Source of the DNA: Eledone cirrhosa
Taxonomy: Eukaryota
Reading direction: 5' to 3'
Assembly (NCBI GenBank): GCA_964016885.1
Contig: OZ024741.1
Location: forward strand, 36,208,001 to 36,272,000
DNA: 64,000 bases
Part shown: positions 14,000 through 28,900 of the stretch, in pieces
How the letters are laid out: every line of letters starts with the position of its first letter
How positions within the stretch are numbered: the first letter of the stretch is position 1
The notes under the pieces: generated by a model
What the model saw: only the letters and a program-made list of their open reading frames with translations
Told to the model about the DNA's origin: nothing
The model's database searches: none
Program-made: the position numbers and the translations under genes

Positions 14000-16900
14000 T
14001 CTTCACCCTAAGAACTCTTCGGCCTATGAACTCTTCACCCTAAGAACTCTTCAGCCTAAGAACTCTTCAGCCTATGAACTCTTCACACTAAGAACTCTTC
14101 AGTCTATGAACTCTTCCACCTAAGGACTCTTAAGTTTATGGACTCTTCACCCTAAGCACTCTTCACCCTAAGAACTCTTCAGCCTATGGACTATTCAGCC
14201 TCCGACTCTTCAGCCTATGGACTCTTCAGCCTATGGACTATTCAGCCTATGAACTCTTTACCCTAAGAACTCTTCAGCCTGTGAACTCTTCGCCCTAAGT
14301 ATTCTTCAGCCTATGGGCTCTTCACCCGAAGAACTATTCAGGCTATGGACTCTTCAGCCAATGAACTCCTCAACCTATGGACTCTTCAGCCTATGAACTC
14401 TTCACACTTAAAACTCTTCAGACTATGAACTCTTCAGCCTATGGACTCTTCAGCCTATGGACTCTTCAGCCTATGAACCTTTCAGCCTATTGACTCTTCA
14501 GCCTAGGGACTCTTCACCCTAAGAACTCTTCAGCCAATGGACTCTTCGGCCTATGAACTCTTCAGCCTATGATCTGTTCTGCCTATGAACTGTTCACCCT
14601 TAGAACTCTTCAGCCTAAGAACTCTTCACCCTAAGAACTCTTCAGCCTATGGACTCTTCAGTCTATAGATTCTTCAGCCTACGATCTCTTCAACCTATGG
14701 ACTCTTCAGCCTATGGACTCTTCACACTAAGAACTATTCAGCCTATGGAGTCTTCACCCTAAGAACTCTTCAGTCTATGAACTCTTCAGTCTATGAACTC
14801 TTCAGCCTATGAACTGTTCACCCTTAGAACTCCTCAGCCTATGAACTCTTCAGCCTATGGACTCTTCAGCCTATGGACTCTTCACCCTAAGAAGTCTTCA
14901 GCCTATGAACTGTTCACTCTTAGAAATCTTTAGCCTAAGAACTGTTCAGCCTATGGACTCTTAAGCCTATGAACTATTCACCCTTAGATCTCTTCAGCCT
15001 ATGAACTCTTCACACTAAGAACTCTTCAGCCTATGGTCTCTTCAGCCTATGAACTCTTCACCCTTAGAACTCTTCATGCTATTAACTCTTCACACTAAGA
15101 ACTCTTCAGCCTATTAACATTTCACCCTAAGAACTATTCAGCCTATGGATTCTTCAAGCTATGGACTATTAGGCCTATGAACTCTTCACATTAAGAACTC
15201 TTCAGCCTATGAACTCTTCACCCTAAAAACTCTTCAGCCTCTGAACTCTTCAGCCTATGAACTTTTCAGCCTATGGACTCTTCAGCCAATGAACTCTTCA
15301 CCCTAAGAACTCGTCAGCCTATGAACTTTTCAACCTATGGCCTCTTCATCCTATGGACTCTTCATTCTAAGAACTCTTCAGCCTATGGACTCTTCAGCCT
15401 ATGAACTCTTCACCCTAAGAACTCTTCAGCTTATGGACTCTTCAGCCTATGAATTCTTCAGCCTATTGTCTCTCCAGCCTATGGACTCTTCACGCTAATA
15501 ATTCTTCAGCCTATGGAGTATTCTGCCTATGAACTCTTCACCCTTAGAACTCTTCAGGCTATTAAATCTTCACCCTAAGAACTCTTCAGCCTATGGATTC
15601 TTCAGCCTATAGACTCTTAAGCCTATGAACTCTTCACCCTAAGAATTCTTAAGCCTATGAACTCTTCAGCCTATGGACTCCTCAGCCAATGAACTCTTCA
15701 CCCTAAGAACTCTTCAGCCTATGAATTCTTCAACCTATGGACTCTTCAGCCTATGGACTCTTCACTCTAAGAATTCTTCAGGCTATTAACTCTTCACCCT
15801 AAGAACTCTTCGGCCTATGAACTCTTCACCCTAAGAACTCTTCAACCTATGGACTCTTCAGCCTATGGACTCTTCATTCTAAGAACTCTTCAGCCTATGG
15901 ACTCTTCAGCCTCTGAAATCTCCACCCTAAGAACTCTTCAGCTTGTGGAGTCTTCAGCCTATGAATTCTTCAGCCTATGGACTCATCAGCCTATGGACTC
16001 TTCACGCTAAGAATTCTTCAGCCTATGGAGTATTCTGCCTATGAACTCTTCACCCTTATTACTTTTCAGGCTATTAACTCTTCACCCTATGAACTCTTCA
16101 GCCTATGGACTCTTCAGCCAATGAACTCTTCACCCTAGGAACTCTTCAGCCTATGAACTCTTCAACATATGGACACTTCAGACAATGGACTCTTCATTCT
16201 AAGAACTCTTCAGCCTATGGACTCTTAAGCCTATTAATTCTTCACCCTAAGAACTCTTAAGCCTATCAACTCTTCAGCCTATGAACTCTTCAGCCTATGG
16301 ATTCTTCAGTCTTTGGACTCTTCACGCTAAGAATTCTTCAGCCTATGGACTATTCTGCCTATGAACTCTTCACACTTAGAACTCTTCAGGCTATTAACTC
16401 TTCACCCTAAGAACTCTTCGGCCTATGAACTCTTCACCCTATAAACTATTCAGCCTATGGACTCATCAGCCTATGAACTCTTCACCCTAAGAACTCTTCA
16501 GCCTATGAACTCTTCAGCCTATGAACTCTTCAGCTAATGGACTCTTCAGCCTATTAACTCTTCACACTAAGGACTGTTAAGTTTATGGACTCTTCACCCT
16601 AAGCACTCTTCACCCTCAGAACTCTTCAGCCTATGGACTATTCAGCCTCCGACTCTTCAGCCTATGGACTCATCAGCCTATGGACTATTCAGCCTATGAA
16701 CTCTTTACCCTAAGAACTCTTCAACCTGTGAACTCTTCGCCCTAAGTATTCTTCAGCCTATGGGCTCTTCACCCGAAGAACTATTCAGGCTATGGACTCT
16801 TCAGCCTATGAACTCTTCACACTTAAAACTCTTCAGACTATGAACTCTTCAGCCTATGGACTCTTCAGCCTATGGACTCTTCAGCCTATGAACTTTTCAG

Positions 16901-19900
16901 CCTATTGACTCTTCAGCCTAGGGACTCTTCACCCTAAGAACTCTTCAGCCTATGGACTCTTCGGCCTATGAACTCTTCAGCCTATGATCTCTTCTGCCTA
17001 TGAACTGTTCACCCTTAGAACTCTTCAGCCTAAGAACTCTTCACCCTAAGAACTCTTCAGCCTATGGATTCTTCAGTCTATAGATTCTTCAGCCTACGAA
17101 CTCTTCAGCCTATGAACACATCAGGCTATTAACTCTTCACCCTAAGAACTCTTCAGCCTATGGACTCTTCAGCCTATGGACTCTTCACTCTATGGACTCT
17201 TCAGCCTATGGATTTTTCAGCCTATGAACTATTCAGCCTATGGACTTTCAGCCTATGGACTATTCACCCTAAGAACTCTTCAGCCTATGAACTCTTCACC
17301 CTAAGCACTCTTCAGCCTATGAACTCTTCAGTCTATGAACTCTTCTGCCTATGAACTGTTCAGCCTTAGAACTCTTCAGCCTATGAACTCTTCACCCTCA
17401 GAACTCTTCAGCCTATGGACTCTTCAGTCTATAGACTCTTCAGCCTATGAACTTTTCACCCTATGGAATCTTCACCCTAAGCACATTTCAGCCTATGAAC
17501 TCTTCAGTCTATGGACGCTTCCTCCTATGAACTATTCAGCCTATGGACTCTTCAGCCTATGAACTCTTCACCCAAGAACTCTTCAGCCTATGGACTCTTC
17601 ACCCTGAGAAGTCTTCAGCCTATGAACTGTTCACTCTTAGAACTCATCAGCCTAAGGACACTTCCCCCTAAGCACTCTTCAGCCTATGGACTCGTCAACC
17701 TATATACTCCTCAGCCTATGGACACTTCAGGCTATGAACCCTATCACATTAAGAACTCTTGAGCCTATGAACTCTTCAGCCTATGAACTCTTCACCCTAA
17801 GAACTCTTCAGCCTATAGACTCTTCAGCCTATGAACTCTTAGGCCTATGGACTCTTCAGCCTATGGACTCTTCAGCCTATGAACTCTTCACCCTAAGAGC
17901 TCTTCAGCCAATGGACTCTTCAGCCTATGAACTCTTAGGCCTATGGACTCTTCAAGCCTATGGACTCTTCACACTAAGAATTCTTCAGCCTATGGACTAT
18001 TCACCCTAAGAACTCTTCAGCCTATGGACTCTTCAGTCTATGTACTCTTCAGCCTATGAACTCTTCACCCTTAGAACTCTACAGGCTATTATCTCTTCAC
18101 CCAAGAACTCTTCAGCCTATGAACTCTTCACCCTAAGAACCCTTCAGCCTATGGACTCTCAGCCTATGGACTCTTCACCCTAAGAAGTCTTCAGCCTATG
18201 AACTGTTCACTATTAGAACTCTTTAGCCTAAGAACTGTTTAGCCTATGAACTCGTCAGCCTATGAACTCTTCAGCCTTAGACTCTTCAGCCCATGAACTC
18301 TTCACACTAAGAACTCTTCAACCTATGGACTCTTCAGCCTATGAACTCTTCACCCATAGAACTCTTCACTCTATGAACTCTTCACCCTAAGATCTCATCA
18401 GCCTATGAACTCTTCACTGTAAGAACTCCTCAGCCTATGGATTCTTCAGCCTATGGACTCTTAAGCCTATAAACTCTTCACCATTAGAACTCTTCAGCCT
18501 ATGAACTCTACACCCTAAGAACTCTTCAGCCTATGAACTCTTCATCCTAAGAACTCTTCAGCCTATGGACTCTTCAGCCTATGAACTCTTCACCCAAGAA
18601 CTCTTCAGCCTATGAACTCTTCACCCTAAGAACTGTTCAGCCTATGAACTCTTCAGCCTATTAACTCTTCAGCCTATGGACTCTTCAGCCAATGAACTCT
18701 TCACCCTAAGAAATGTTCAGCCTATGAACTCTTCAACCTATGGACTCTTCAGCCTATGGAATCTTCACTCTAAGAACTCTTCAGCTTGTGAACTCTTCAC
18801 CCTAAGAACTCTTCAGCCTAATGAACTCTTCAGGCTATAAACTCTTCACTCTATGAACTCTTCACCCTAAGAACTCTTCAGCCTATGAACTCTTCACCAT
18901 AAAAATTCTTCAGCCTATGGACTCTTCACCCTAAGAACTCTTCAGCCTATGGACTCTTCAGCCTATGAACTCTTCAGCCTATGGACACTTCAGCCCATGA
19001 ACTCTTCACCCTAAGAACTCTTAAGCCTATGAAATCTTCAGGCTATGAACTCTTCAGCCTATGGACTCCTCAGCCAATGAACTCTTCACTCTAAGAACTC
19101 TTCAGCTTATGGACTATTCAGCCTATGAACTATTCAGCCTATGGACTCTTCAGCCTATGGACTCTTCACGCTAAGAATTCTTCAGCCTATGGACTATTCT
19201 GCCTATGAACTCTTCACCCTTAGAACTCTTCGGGCTATTAACCCTTCACCCTAACATCTCATTAGCCTATGAACTCTTCACCTAAGAACTATTCAGCCTA
19301 TGGACTCTTAAGCCTATGAACTCTTCAGCCTATGGACTCTTCAGCCAATGAACTCTTCACCCTAAGAACTCTTCAGCCTATGAACTCTTCAACCTATGGA
19401 CTCTTCAGCCTATGGAATCTTCACTCTAGGAACTCTTCAGCCTATGGACTCTTCAGTCTATGGACTATTCGGCCTATGAACTCTTTACCCTAAGAAATCT
19501 TCAGCCTGTGAATTCTTCACCCTAAGAACTCTTCAGCCTATGGGCTCTTCACCCTAAGAACTCTTCAGCCTATGAACTCTTCACCATACAAACTCTTCAG
19601 CCTATGGACTCTTCACCCTAAGAACTCTTCAGCCTATGGACTCTTCATCCTATGAACTCTTCAGCCTATGGACTCTTCAGCCTATGGACTCTTCACACTA
19701 AGAACTCTTCAGCCTATGGACTCTTCAACCTAAAAACTCTTCAGTCTATGAATTCTTCAGTCTATGAACTCTTCAGCCCATGAACTGTTCACCCTTAGAA
19801 CTCTTCAGCCTATGAACTCTTCACCCTTAGAACTTTTCAGGCTATTATCTCTTCACCGAAGAACTCTTCAGCCTATGAACTCTTCACCCTAAGAACTCTT

Positions 19901-22900
19901 CAGCCTATGGACTCTTCAGCCTATGGACTCTTCACCCTAAGATGTCTTCAGCCTATGAACTGTTCACTCTTAGAAATCTTTAGCCTAAGAACTCATCGGC
20001 CTATGAACTGTTCAGCCTATGGACTCTTCAGCCAATGAACTCTTCACCGTAAGAACTCTTCAGCCTATGAACTCTTCAACCTATGGACTCTTCAGCCTAT
20101 GGACACTTCACCCTAAGAAATCTTCTGCCTATGAACTCTTCAGGCTATGAACTCTTCATTCTATGAACTCTTCACCCTAAGAACTCTTCGGCCTATGAAC
20201 TCTTCACCCTAAGAACTATTCAGCCTATGGACTCATCAGCCTATGAACTCTTCACCCTAAGAACTCTTCACCCTAAGAACTCTTCGGCCTATGAACTCTT
20301 CACCCTAAGAACTCTTCAGCCTAAGAACTCTTCAGCCTATGAACTCTTCACACTAAGAACTCTTCAGTCTATGAACTCTTCCACCTAAGGACTCTTAAGT
20401 TTATGGACTCTTCAACCTAAGCACTCTTCACCCTAAGAACTCTTCAGCCTATGGACTATTCAGCCTCCGACTCTTCAGCCTATGGACTCTTCAGCCTATG
20501 GACTATTCAGCCTATGAACTCTTTACCCTAAGAAATCTTCAGCCTATGAACTCTTCAGCTAATGGACTCTTCAGCCTATTAACTCTTCACACTAAGGACT
20601 GTTAAGTTTATGGACTCTTCACCCTAAGCACTCTTCACCCTAAGAACTCTTCAGCCTATGGACTATTCAGCCTCCGACTCTTCAGCCTATGGACTCATCA
20701 GCCTATGGACTATTCAGCCTATGAACTCTTTACCCTAAGAACTCTTCAGCCTGTGAACTCTTCGCCCTAAGTATTCTTCAGCCTATGGGCTCTTCACCCG
20801 AAGAACTATTCAGGCTATGGACTCTTCAGCCAATGAACTCCTCAACCTATGGACTCTTCAGCCTATGAACTCTTCACACTTAAAACTCTTCAGACTATGA
20901 ACTCTTCAGCCTATGGACTCTTCAGCCTATGGACTCTTCAGCCTATGAACTTTTCAGCCTATTGACTCTTCAGCCTAGGGACTCTTCACCCTAAGAACTC
21001 TTCAGCCTATGGACTCTTCGGCCTATGAACTCTTCAGCCTATGATCTCTTCTGCCTATGAACTGTTCACCCTTAGAACTCTTCAGCCTAAGAACTCTTCA
21101 CCCTAAGAACTCTTCAGCCTATGGACTCTTCAGTCTATAGATTCTTCAGCCTACGAACTCTTCAGCCTATGAACACATCAGGCTATTAACTCTTCACCCT
21201 AAGAACTCTTCAGCCTATGGACTCTTCAGCCTATGGACTCTTCACTCTATGGACTCTTCAGCCTATGGATTTTTCAGCCTATGAACTATTCAGCCTATGG
21301 ACTTTCAGCCTATGGACTATTCACCCTAAGAACTCTTCAGCCTATGAACTCTTCACCCTAAGCACTCTTCAGCCTATGAACTCTTCAGTCTATGAACTCT
21401 TCTGCCTATGAACTGTTCAGCCTTAGAACTCTTCAGCCTATGAACTCTTCACCCTCAGAACTCTTCAGCCTATGGACTCTTCAGTCTATAGACTCTTCAG
21501 CCTATGAACTTTTCACCCTATGGAATCTTCACCCTAAGCACATTTCAGCCTATGAACTCTTCAGTCTATGGACGCTTCCTCCTATGAACTATTCAGCCTA
21601 TGGACTCTTCAGCCTATGAACTCTTCACCCAAGAACTCTTCAGCCTATGGACTCTTCACCCTGAGAAGTCTTCAGCCTATGAACTGTTCACTCTTAGAAC
21701 TCATCAGCCTAAGGACACTTCCCCCTAAGCACTCTTCAGCCTATGGACTCGTCAACCTATATACTCCTCAGCCTATGGACACTTCAGGCTATGAACCCTA
21801 TCACATTAAGAACTCTTGAGCCTATGAACTCTTCAGCCTATGAACTCTTCACCCTAAGAATTCTTCAGCCTATAGACTCTTCAGCCTATGAACTCTTAGG
21901 CCTATGGACTCTTCAGCCTATGGACTCTTCAGCCTATGAACTCTTCACCCTAAGAGCTCTTCAGCCAATGGACTCTTCAGCCTATGAACTCTTAGGCCTA
22001 TGGACTCTTCAAGCCTATGGACTCTTCACACTAAGAATTCTTCAGCCTATGGACTATTCACCCTAAGAACTCTTCAGCCTATGAACTCTTCAGTCTATGT
22101 ACTCTTCAGCCTATGAACTCTTCACCCTTAGAACTCTACAGGCTATTATCTCTTCACCCAAGAACTCTTCAGCCTATGAACTCTTCACCCTAAGAACCCT
22201 TCAGCCTATGGACTCTCAGCCTATGGACTCTTCACCCTAAGAAGTCTTCAGCCTATGAACTGTTCACTATTAGAACTCTTTAGCCTAAGAACTGTTTAGC
22301 CTATGAACTCGTCAGCCTATGAACTCTTCAGCCTTAGACTCTTCAGCCCATGAACTCTTCACACTAAGAACTCTTCAACCTATGGACTCTTCAGCCTATG
22401 AACTCTTCACCCATAGAACTCTTCACTCTATGAACTCTTCACCCTAAGATCTCATCAGCCTATGAACTCTTCACTGTAAGAACTCCTCAGCCTATGGATT
22501 CTTCAGCCTATGGACTCTTAAGCCTATAAACTCTTCACCATTAGAACTCTTCAGCCTATGAACTCTTCACCCTAAGAACTCTTCAGCCTATGAACTCTTC
22601 ATCCTAAGAACTCTTCAGCCTATGGACTCTTCAGCCTATGAACTCTTCACCCAAGAACTCTTCAGCCTATGAACTCTTCACCCTAAGAACTGTTCAGCCT
22701 ATGAACTCTTCAGCCTATTAACTCTTCAGCCTATGGACTCTTCAGCCAATGAACTCTTCACCCTAAGAAATGTTCAGCCTATGAACTCTTCAACCTATGG
22801 ACTCTTCAGCCTATGGAATCTTCACTCTAAGAACTCTTCAGCTTGTGAACTCTTCACCCTAAGAACTCTTCAGCCTAATGAACTCTTCAGGCTATAAACT

Positions 22901-25900
22901 CTTCACTCTATGAACTCTTCACCCTAAGAACTCTTCAGCCTATGAACTCTTCACCATAAAAATTCTTCAGCGTATGGACTCTTCACCCTAAGAACTCTTC
23001 AGCCTATGGACTCTTCAGCCTATGAACTCTTCAGCCTATGGACACTTCAGCCCATGAACTCTTCACCCTAAGAACTCTTAAGCCTATGAAATCTTCAGGC
23101 TATGAACTCTTCAGCCTATGGACTCCTCAGCCAATGAACTCTTCACTCTAAGAACTCTTCAGCTTATGGACTATTCAGCCTATGAACTATTCAGCCTATG
23201 GACTCTTCAGCCTATGGACTCTTCACGCTAAGAATTCTTCAGCCTATGGACTATTCTGCCTATGAACTCTTCACCCTTAGAACTCTTCGGGCTATTAACT
23301 CTTCACCCTAACATCTCATTAGCCTATGAACTCTTCACCTAAGAACTATTCAGCCTATGGACTCTTAAGCCTATGAACTCTTCAGCCTATGGACTCTTCA
23401 GCCAATGAACTCTTCACCCTAAGAACTCTTCAGCCTATGAACTCTTCAACCTATGGACTCTTCAGCCTATGGAATCTTCACTCTAGGAACTCTTCAGCCT
23501 ATGGACTCTTCAGTCTATGGACTATTCGGCCTATGAACTCTTTACCCTAAGAAATCTTCAGCCTGTGAATTCTTCACCCTAAGAACTCTTCAGCCTATGG
23601 GCTCTTCACCCTAAGAACTCTTCAGCCTATGAACTCTTCACCATACAAACTCTTCAGCCTATGGACTCTTCACCCTAAGAACTCTTCAGCCTATGGACTC
23701 TTCATCCTATGAACTCTTCAGCCTATGGACTCTTCAGCCTATGGACTCTTCACACTAAGAACTCTTCAGCCTATGGACTCTTCAACCTAAAAACTCTTCA
23801 GTCTATGAATTCTTCAGTCTATGAACTCTTCAGCCCATGAACTGTTCACCCTTAGAACTCTTCAGCCTATGAACTCTTCACCCTTAGAACTTTTCAGGCT
23901 ATTATCTCTTCACCGAAGAACTCTTCAGCCTATGAACTCTTCACCCTAAGAACTCTTCAGCCTATGGACTCTTCAGCCTATGGACTCTTCACCCTAAGAT
24001 GTCTTCAGCCTATGAACTGTTCACTCTTAGAAATCTTTAGCCTAAGAACTCATCGGCCTATGAACTGTTCAGCCTATGGACTCTTCAGCCAATGAACTCT
24101 TCACCGTAAGAACTCTTCAGCCTATGAACTCTTCAACCTATGGACTATTCAGCCTATGGATACTTCACCCTAAGAAATCTTCTGCCTATGAACTCTTCAG
24201 GCTATGAACTCTTCATTCTATGAACTCTTCACCCTAAGAACTCTTCGGCCTATGAACTCTTCACCCTAAGAACTATTCAGCCTATGGACTCATCAGCCTA
24301 TGAACTCTTCACCCTAAGAACTCTTCACCCTAAGAACTCTTCGGCCTATGAACTCTTCACCCTAAGAACTCTTCAGCCTAAGAACTCTTCAGCCTATGAA
24401 CTCTTCACACTAAGAACTCTTCAGTCTATGAACTCTTCCACCTAAGGACTCTTAAGTTTATGGACTCTTCACCCTAAGCACTCTTCACCCTAAGAACTCT
24501 TCAGCCTATGGACTATTCAGCCTCCGACTCTTCAGCCTATGGACTCTTCAGCCTATGGACTATTCAGCCTATGAACTCTTTACCCTAAGAACTCTTCAGC
24601 CTGTGAACTCTTCGCCCTAACTATTCTTCAGCCTATGGGCTCTTCACCCGAAGAACTATTCAGGCTATGGACTCTTCAGCCAATGAACTCCTCAACCTAT
24701 GGACTCTTCAGCCTATGAACTCTTCACACTTAAAACTCTTCAGACTATGAACTCTTCAGCCTATGGACTCTTCAGCCTATGGACTCTTCAGCCTATGAAC
24801 CTTTCAGCCTATTGACTCTTCAGCCTAGGGACTCTTCACCCTAAGAACTCTTCAGCCTATGGACTCTTCGGCCTATGAACTCTTCAGCCTATGATCTGTT
24901 CTGCCTATGAACTGTTCACCCTTAGAACTCTTCAGCCTAAGAACTCTTCACCCTAAGAACTCTTCAGCCTATGGACTCTTCAGTCTATAGATTCTTCAGC
25001 CTACGATCTCTTCAGCCTATGAACTCTTCAGGCTATTAACTCTTCACCCTAAGAACTCTTCAGCCTATGGACTCTTCAGCCTATGGACTCTTCAGCCTAT
25101 GAACTCTTCAGCCTATGGACTCTTCAGCCTATGGACTCTTCACACTAAGAACTATTCAGCCTATGGAGTCTTCACCCTAAGAACTCTTCAGTCTATGAAC
25201 TCTTCAGTCTATGAACTCTTCAGCCTATGAACTGTTCACCCTTAGAACTCCTCAGCCTATGAACTCTTCAGCCTATGGACTCTTCAGCCTATGGACTCTT
25301 CACCCTAAGAAGTCTTCAGCCTATGAACTGTTCACTCTTAGAAATCTTTAGCCTAAGAACTGTTCAGCCTATGGACTCTTAAGCCTATGAACTATTCACC
25401 CTTAGATCTCTTCAGCCTATGAACTCTTCACACTAAGAACTCTTCAGCCTATGGTCTCTTCAGCCTATGAACTCTTCACCCTTAGAACTCTTCATGCTAT
25501 TAACTCTTCACACTAAGAACTCTTCAGCCTATTAACATTTCACCCTAAGAACTATTCAGCCTATGGATTCTTCAAGCTATGGACTATTAGGCCTATGAAC
25601 TCTTCACACTAAGAACTCTTCAGCCTATGAACTCTTCACCCTAAAAACTCTTCAGCCTCTGAACTCTTCAGCCTATGAACTTTTCAGCCTATGGACTCTT
25701 CAGCCAATGAACTCTTCACCCTAAGAACTCTTCAGCCTATGAACTTTTCAACCTATGGCCTCTTCATCCTATGGACTCTTCATTCTAAGAACTCTTCAGC
25801 CTATGGACTCTTCAGCCTATGAACTCTTCACCCTAAGAACTCTTCAGCTTATGGACTCTTCAGCCTATGAATTCTTCAGCCTATTGTCTCTCCAGCCTAT

Positions 25901-28900
25901 GGACTCTTCACGCTAATAATTCTTCAGCCTATGGAGTATTCTGCCTATGAACTCTTCACCCTTAGAACTCTTCAGGCTATTAAATCTTCACCCTAAGAAC
26001 TCTTCAGCCTATGGATTCTTCAGCCTATAGACTCTTAAGCCTATGAACTCTTCACCCCAAGAATTCTTAAGCCTATGAACTCTTCAGCCTATGGACTCCT
26101 CAGCCAATGAACTCTTCACCCTAAGAACTCTTCAGCCTATGAATTCTTCAACCTATGGACTCTTCAGCCTATGGACTCTTCACTCTAAGAATTCTTCAGG
26201 CTATTAACTCTTCACCCTAAGAACTCTTCGGCCTATGAACTCTTCACCCTAAGAACTCTTCAACCTATGGACTCTTCAGCCTATGGACTCTTCATTCTAA
26301 GAACTCTTCAGCCTATGGACTCTTCAGCCTCTGAAATCTCCACCCTAAGAACTCTTCAGCTTGTGGAGTCTTCAGCCTATGAATTCTTCAGCCTATGGAC
26401 TCATCAGCCCATGGACTCTTCACGCTAAGAATTCTTCAGCCTATGGAGTATTCTGCCTATGAACTCTTCACCCTTATTACTTTTCAGGCTATTAACTCTT
26501 CACCCTATGAACTCTTCAGCCTATGGACTCTTCAGCCAATGAACTCTTCACCCTAGGAACTCTTCAGCCTATGAACTCTTCAACATATGGACACTTCAGA
26601 CAATGGACTCTTCATTCTAAGAACTCTTCAGCCTATGGACTCTTAAGCCTATGAATTCTTCACCCTAAGAACTCTTAAGCCTATCAACTCTTCAGCCTAT
26701 GAACTCTTCAGCCTATGGACTCTTCAGTCTTTGGACTCTTCACGCTAAGAATTCTTCAGCCTATGGACTATTCTGCCTATGAATTCTTCACACTTAGAAC
26801 TCTTCAGGCTATTAACTCTTCACCCTAAGAATTCTTCGGCCTATGAACTCTTCACCCTATGAACTATTCAGCCTATGGACTCATCAGCCTATGAACTCTT
26901 CACCCTAAGAACTCTTCAGCCTATGAACTCTTCAGCCTATGAACTCTTCAGCTAATGGACTCTTCAGCCTATTAACTCTTCACACTAAGGACTGTTAAGT
27001 TTATGGACTCTTCACCCTAAGCACTCTTCACCCTAAGAACTCTTCAGCCTATGGACTATTCAGCCTCCGACTCTTCAGCCTATGGACTCATCAGCCTATG
27101 GACTATTCAGCCTATGAACTCTTTACCCTAAGAACTCTTCAGCCTGTGAACTCTTCGCCCTAAGTATTCTTCAGCCTATGGGCTCTTCACCCGAAGAACT
27201 ATTCAGGCTATGGACTCTTCAGCCAATGAACTCCTCAACCTATGGACTCTTCAGCCTATGAACTCTTCACACTTAAAACTCTTCAGACTATGAACTCTTC
27301 AGCCTATGGACTCTTCAGCCTATGGACTCTTCAGCCTATGAACTTTTCAGCCTATTGACTCTTCAGCCTAGGGACTCTTCACCCTAAGAACTCTTCAGCC
27401 TATGGACTCTTCGGCCTATGAACTCTTCAGCCTATGATCTCTTCTGCCTATGAACTGTTCACCCTTAGAACTCTTCAGCCTAAGAACTCTTCACCCTAAG
27501 AACTCTTCAGCCTATGGACTCTTCAGTCTATAGATTCTTCAGCCTACGAACTCTTCAGCCTATGAACACATCAGGCTATTAACTCTTCACCCTAAGAACT
27601 CTTCAGCCTATGGACTCTTCAGCCTATGGACTCTTCACTCTATGGACTCTTCAGCCTATGGATTTTTCAGCCTATGAACTATTCAGCCTATGGACTTTCA
27701 GCCTATGGACTATTCACCCTAAGAACTCTTCAGCCTATGAACTCTTCACCCTAAGCACTCTTCAGCCTATGAACTCTTCAGTCTATGAACTCTTCTGCCT
27801 ATGAACTGTTCAGCCTTAGAACTCTTCAGCCTATGAACTCTTCACCCTCAGAACTCTTCAGCCTATGGACTCTTCAGTCTATAGACTCTTCAGCCTATGA
27901 ACTTTTCACCCTATGGAATCTTCACCCTAAGCACATTTCAGCCTATGAACTCTTCAGTCTATGGACGCTTCCTCCTATGAACTATTCAGCCTATGGACTC
28001 TTCAGCCTATGAACTCTTCACCCAAGAACTCTTCAGCCTATGGACTCTTCACCCTGAGAAGTCTTCAGCCTATGAACTGTTCACTCTTAGAACTCATCAG
28101 CCTAAGGACACTTCTCCCTAAGCACTCTTCAGCCTATGGACTCGTCAACCTATATACTCCTCAGCCTATGGACACTTCAGGCTATGAACCCTATCACATT
28201 AAGAACTCTTGAGCCTATGAACTCTTCAGCCTATGAACTCTTCACCCTAAGAACTCTTCAGCCTATAGACTCTTCAGCCTATGAACTCTTAGGCCTATGG
28301 ACTCTTCAGCCTATGGACTCTTCAGCCTATGAACTCTTCACCCTAAGAGCTCTTCAGCCAATGGACTCTTCAGCCTATGAACTCTTAGGCCTATGGACTC
28401 TTCAAGCCTATGGACTCTTCACACTAAGAATTCTTCAGCCTATGGACTATTCACCCTAAGAACTCTTCAGCCTATGAACTCTTCAGTCTATGTACTCTTC
28501 AGCCTATGAACTCTTCACCCTTAGAACTCTACAGGCTATTATCTCTTCACCCAAGAACTCTTCAGCCTATGAACTCTTCACCCTAAGAACCCTTCAGCCT
28601 ATGGACTCTCAGCCTATGGACTCTTCACCCTAAGAAGTCTTCAGCCTATGAACTGTTCACTATTAGAACTCTTTAGCCTAAGAACTGTTTAGCCTATGAA
28701 CTCGTCAGCCTATGAACTCTTCAGCCTTAGACTCTTCAGCCCATGAACTCTTCACACTAAGAACTCTTCAACCTATGGACTCTTCAGCCTATGAACTCTT
28801 CACCCATAGAACTCTTCACTCTATGAACTCTTCACCCTAAGATCTCATCAGCCTATGAACTCTTCACTGTAAGAACTCCTCAGCCTATGGATTCTTCAGT